Shown here: piece after piece, positions 63,735-64,000 of the stretch
Layout: every line of letters starts with the position of its first letter
Numbering within the stretch: position 1 is the first letter of the stretch
Source of the DNA: Syntrophaceae bacterium UBA2188
GTDB lineage: Bacteria > Desulfobacterota > BSN033 > UBA1163
Assembly (NCBI GenBank): GCA_002327985.1
Contig: DCVM01000058.1
Coordinates: 21,460-85,459, forward strand
Direction of reading: 5' to 3'
Length of the DNA stretch: 64,000 nt
Position numbers and translations under genes: made by a program
The notes under the pieces: model-generated
Told to the model about the DNA's origin: nothing
Seen by the model: the letters and a program-made list of their open reading frames with translations, nothing else
Database searches by the model: none

Positions 63735-64000
63735 CTACGCATACAAAAACTTTTTAACCTTTGCAATCAAGAAATCTTTTTGCCATAAAGGAGTCATTAC
63801 GCTCAGCAAATATCTATGGGTCACTTTTCTCTTCTTCATTATCACGGCTCTCTTTTTTAACATCCAGGGAAACATTCTTACCGCATCCATCTTAGCTTTA
63901 AGATACAACCTTAAACGTTTGTGTTTTACAGCAAAATAGATGAATTCCGCTAACAACCCGATAATGAATTCGGGAAAACATTTTACAAAAACAGTAAGCG
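63735..64000 (-). CDS. C-terminal part of a further glycosyltransferase-like gene; the ORF is open to the window end
   Basis: The frame of the track ORF 63735..63956 stays open upstream to 64000 (..LTVFVKCFPEFIIGLLAEF..). The basic C-terminal tail is typical of GT2 enzymes. Confidence 0.35.
   Translation of the reverse strand, partial: LTVFVKCFPEFIIGLLAEFIYFAVKHKRLRLYLKAKMDAVRMFPWMLKKRAVIMKKRKVTHRYLLSVMTPLWQKDFLIAKVKKFLYA

Noticed and set aside
1-64000. tRNA, rRNA, tmRNA, transposase or integrase genes
   Set aside because: None recognised on either strand while reading the intergenic regions. The longest non-coding stretches (20564-20882, 25841-26158, 49344-49844) contain promoter-like AT-rich sequence and palindromes only. 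A tRNA scan was not possible, so a short RNA gene could have been missed.

Overview
This 64-kb window comes from a moderately AT-rich, probably anaerobic bacterium (rubrerythrins, many Fe-S and radical-SAM proteins, a TRAP transporter). The lineage cannot be assigned from this window. All homology calls were made by eye from motifs; no searches were run.

Most of the window is tightly packed housekeeping and catabolic operons:
- rtcB-archease, trpS, mutY, rel, rpmB, ubiE/rimI and a purF-like gene.
- A ybhGFSR-like ABC-2 efflux operon.
- A LplA/LipT/2x radical-SAM lipoate-assembly cluster.
- A 13-kb nicotinate-type N-heterocycle catabolic island: XRE-cupin regulator, TRAP DctPQM, MmsA-like aldehyde dehydrogenase, three-subunit molybdenum hydroxylase, enamidase, Hnr-like reductase, UPF0280 and AA_synth.
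- The start of a glycan/EPS locus at the 3' end.

Five observations stand out:
1. Two genes carry an in-frame UGA at a conserved Cys position, each followed by a SECIS-like hairpin. They are RtcB (at its metal-ligand Cys) and a C_GCAxxG_C_C redox protein whose N-terminus is missing from the ORF track. This organism appears to decode selenocysteine.
2. A non-phage family of four secreted fibre proteins, plus one decayed fragment, carries C-terminal peptidase-S74 intramolecular-chaperone domains with swapped N-terminal heads. Two short members each sit directly downstream of a large secreted protein (a 1346-aa beta-helix/FN3 protein and an S8 protease). Those two proteins share a gapless 75-aa C-terminal module. 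I consider this repeated two-gene cassette the best candidate for an undescribed surface system.
3. The paralogs show mosaic gene conversion, including a perfect 141-nt inverted repeat 36 kb apart.
4. The catabolic island lacks the B12-mutase branch and instead encodes an MmsA-type dehydrogenase. This suggests 2-formylglutarate is converted to glutaryl-CoA.
5. Many intergenic spacers, some inside operons, are filled by imperfect hairpins built from degenerate 7-8-nt tandem words. These fall into several recurring families.

No tRNA, rRNA, CRISPR array, transposase or integrase was seen.
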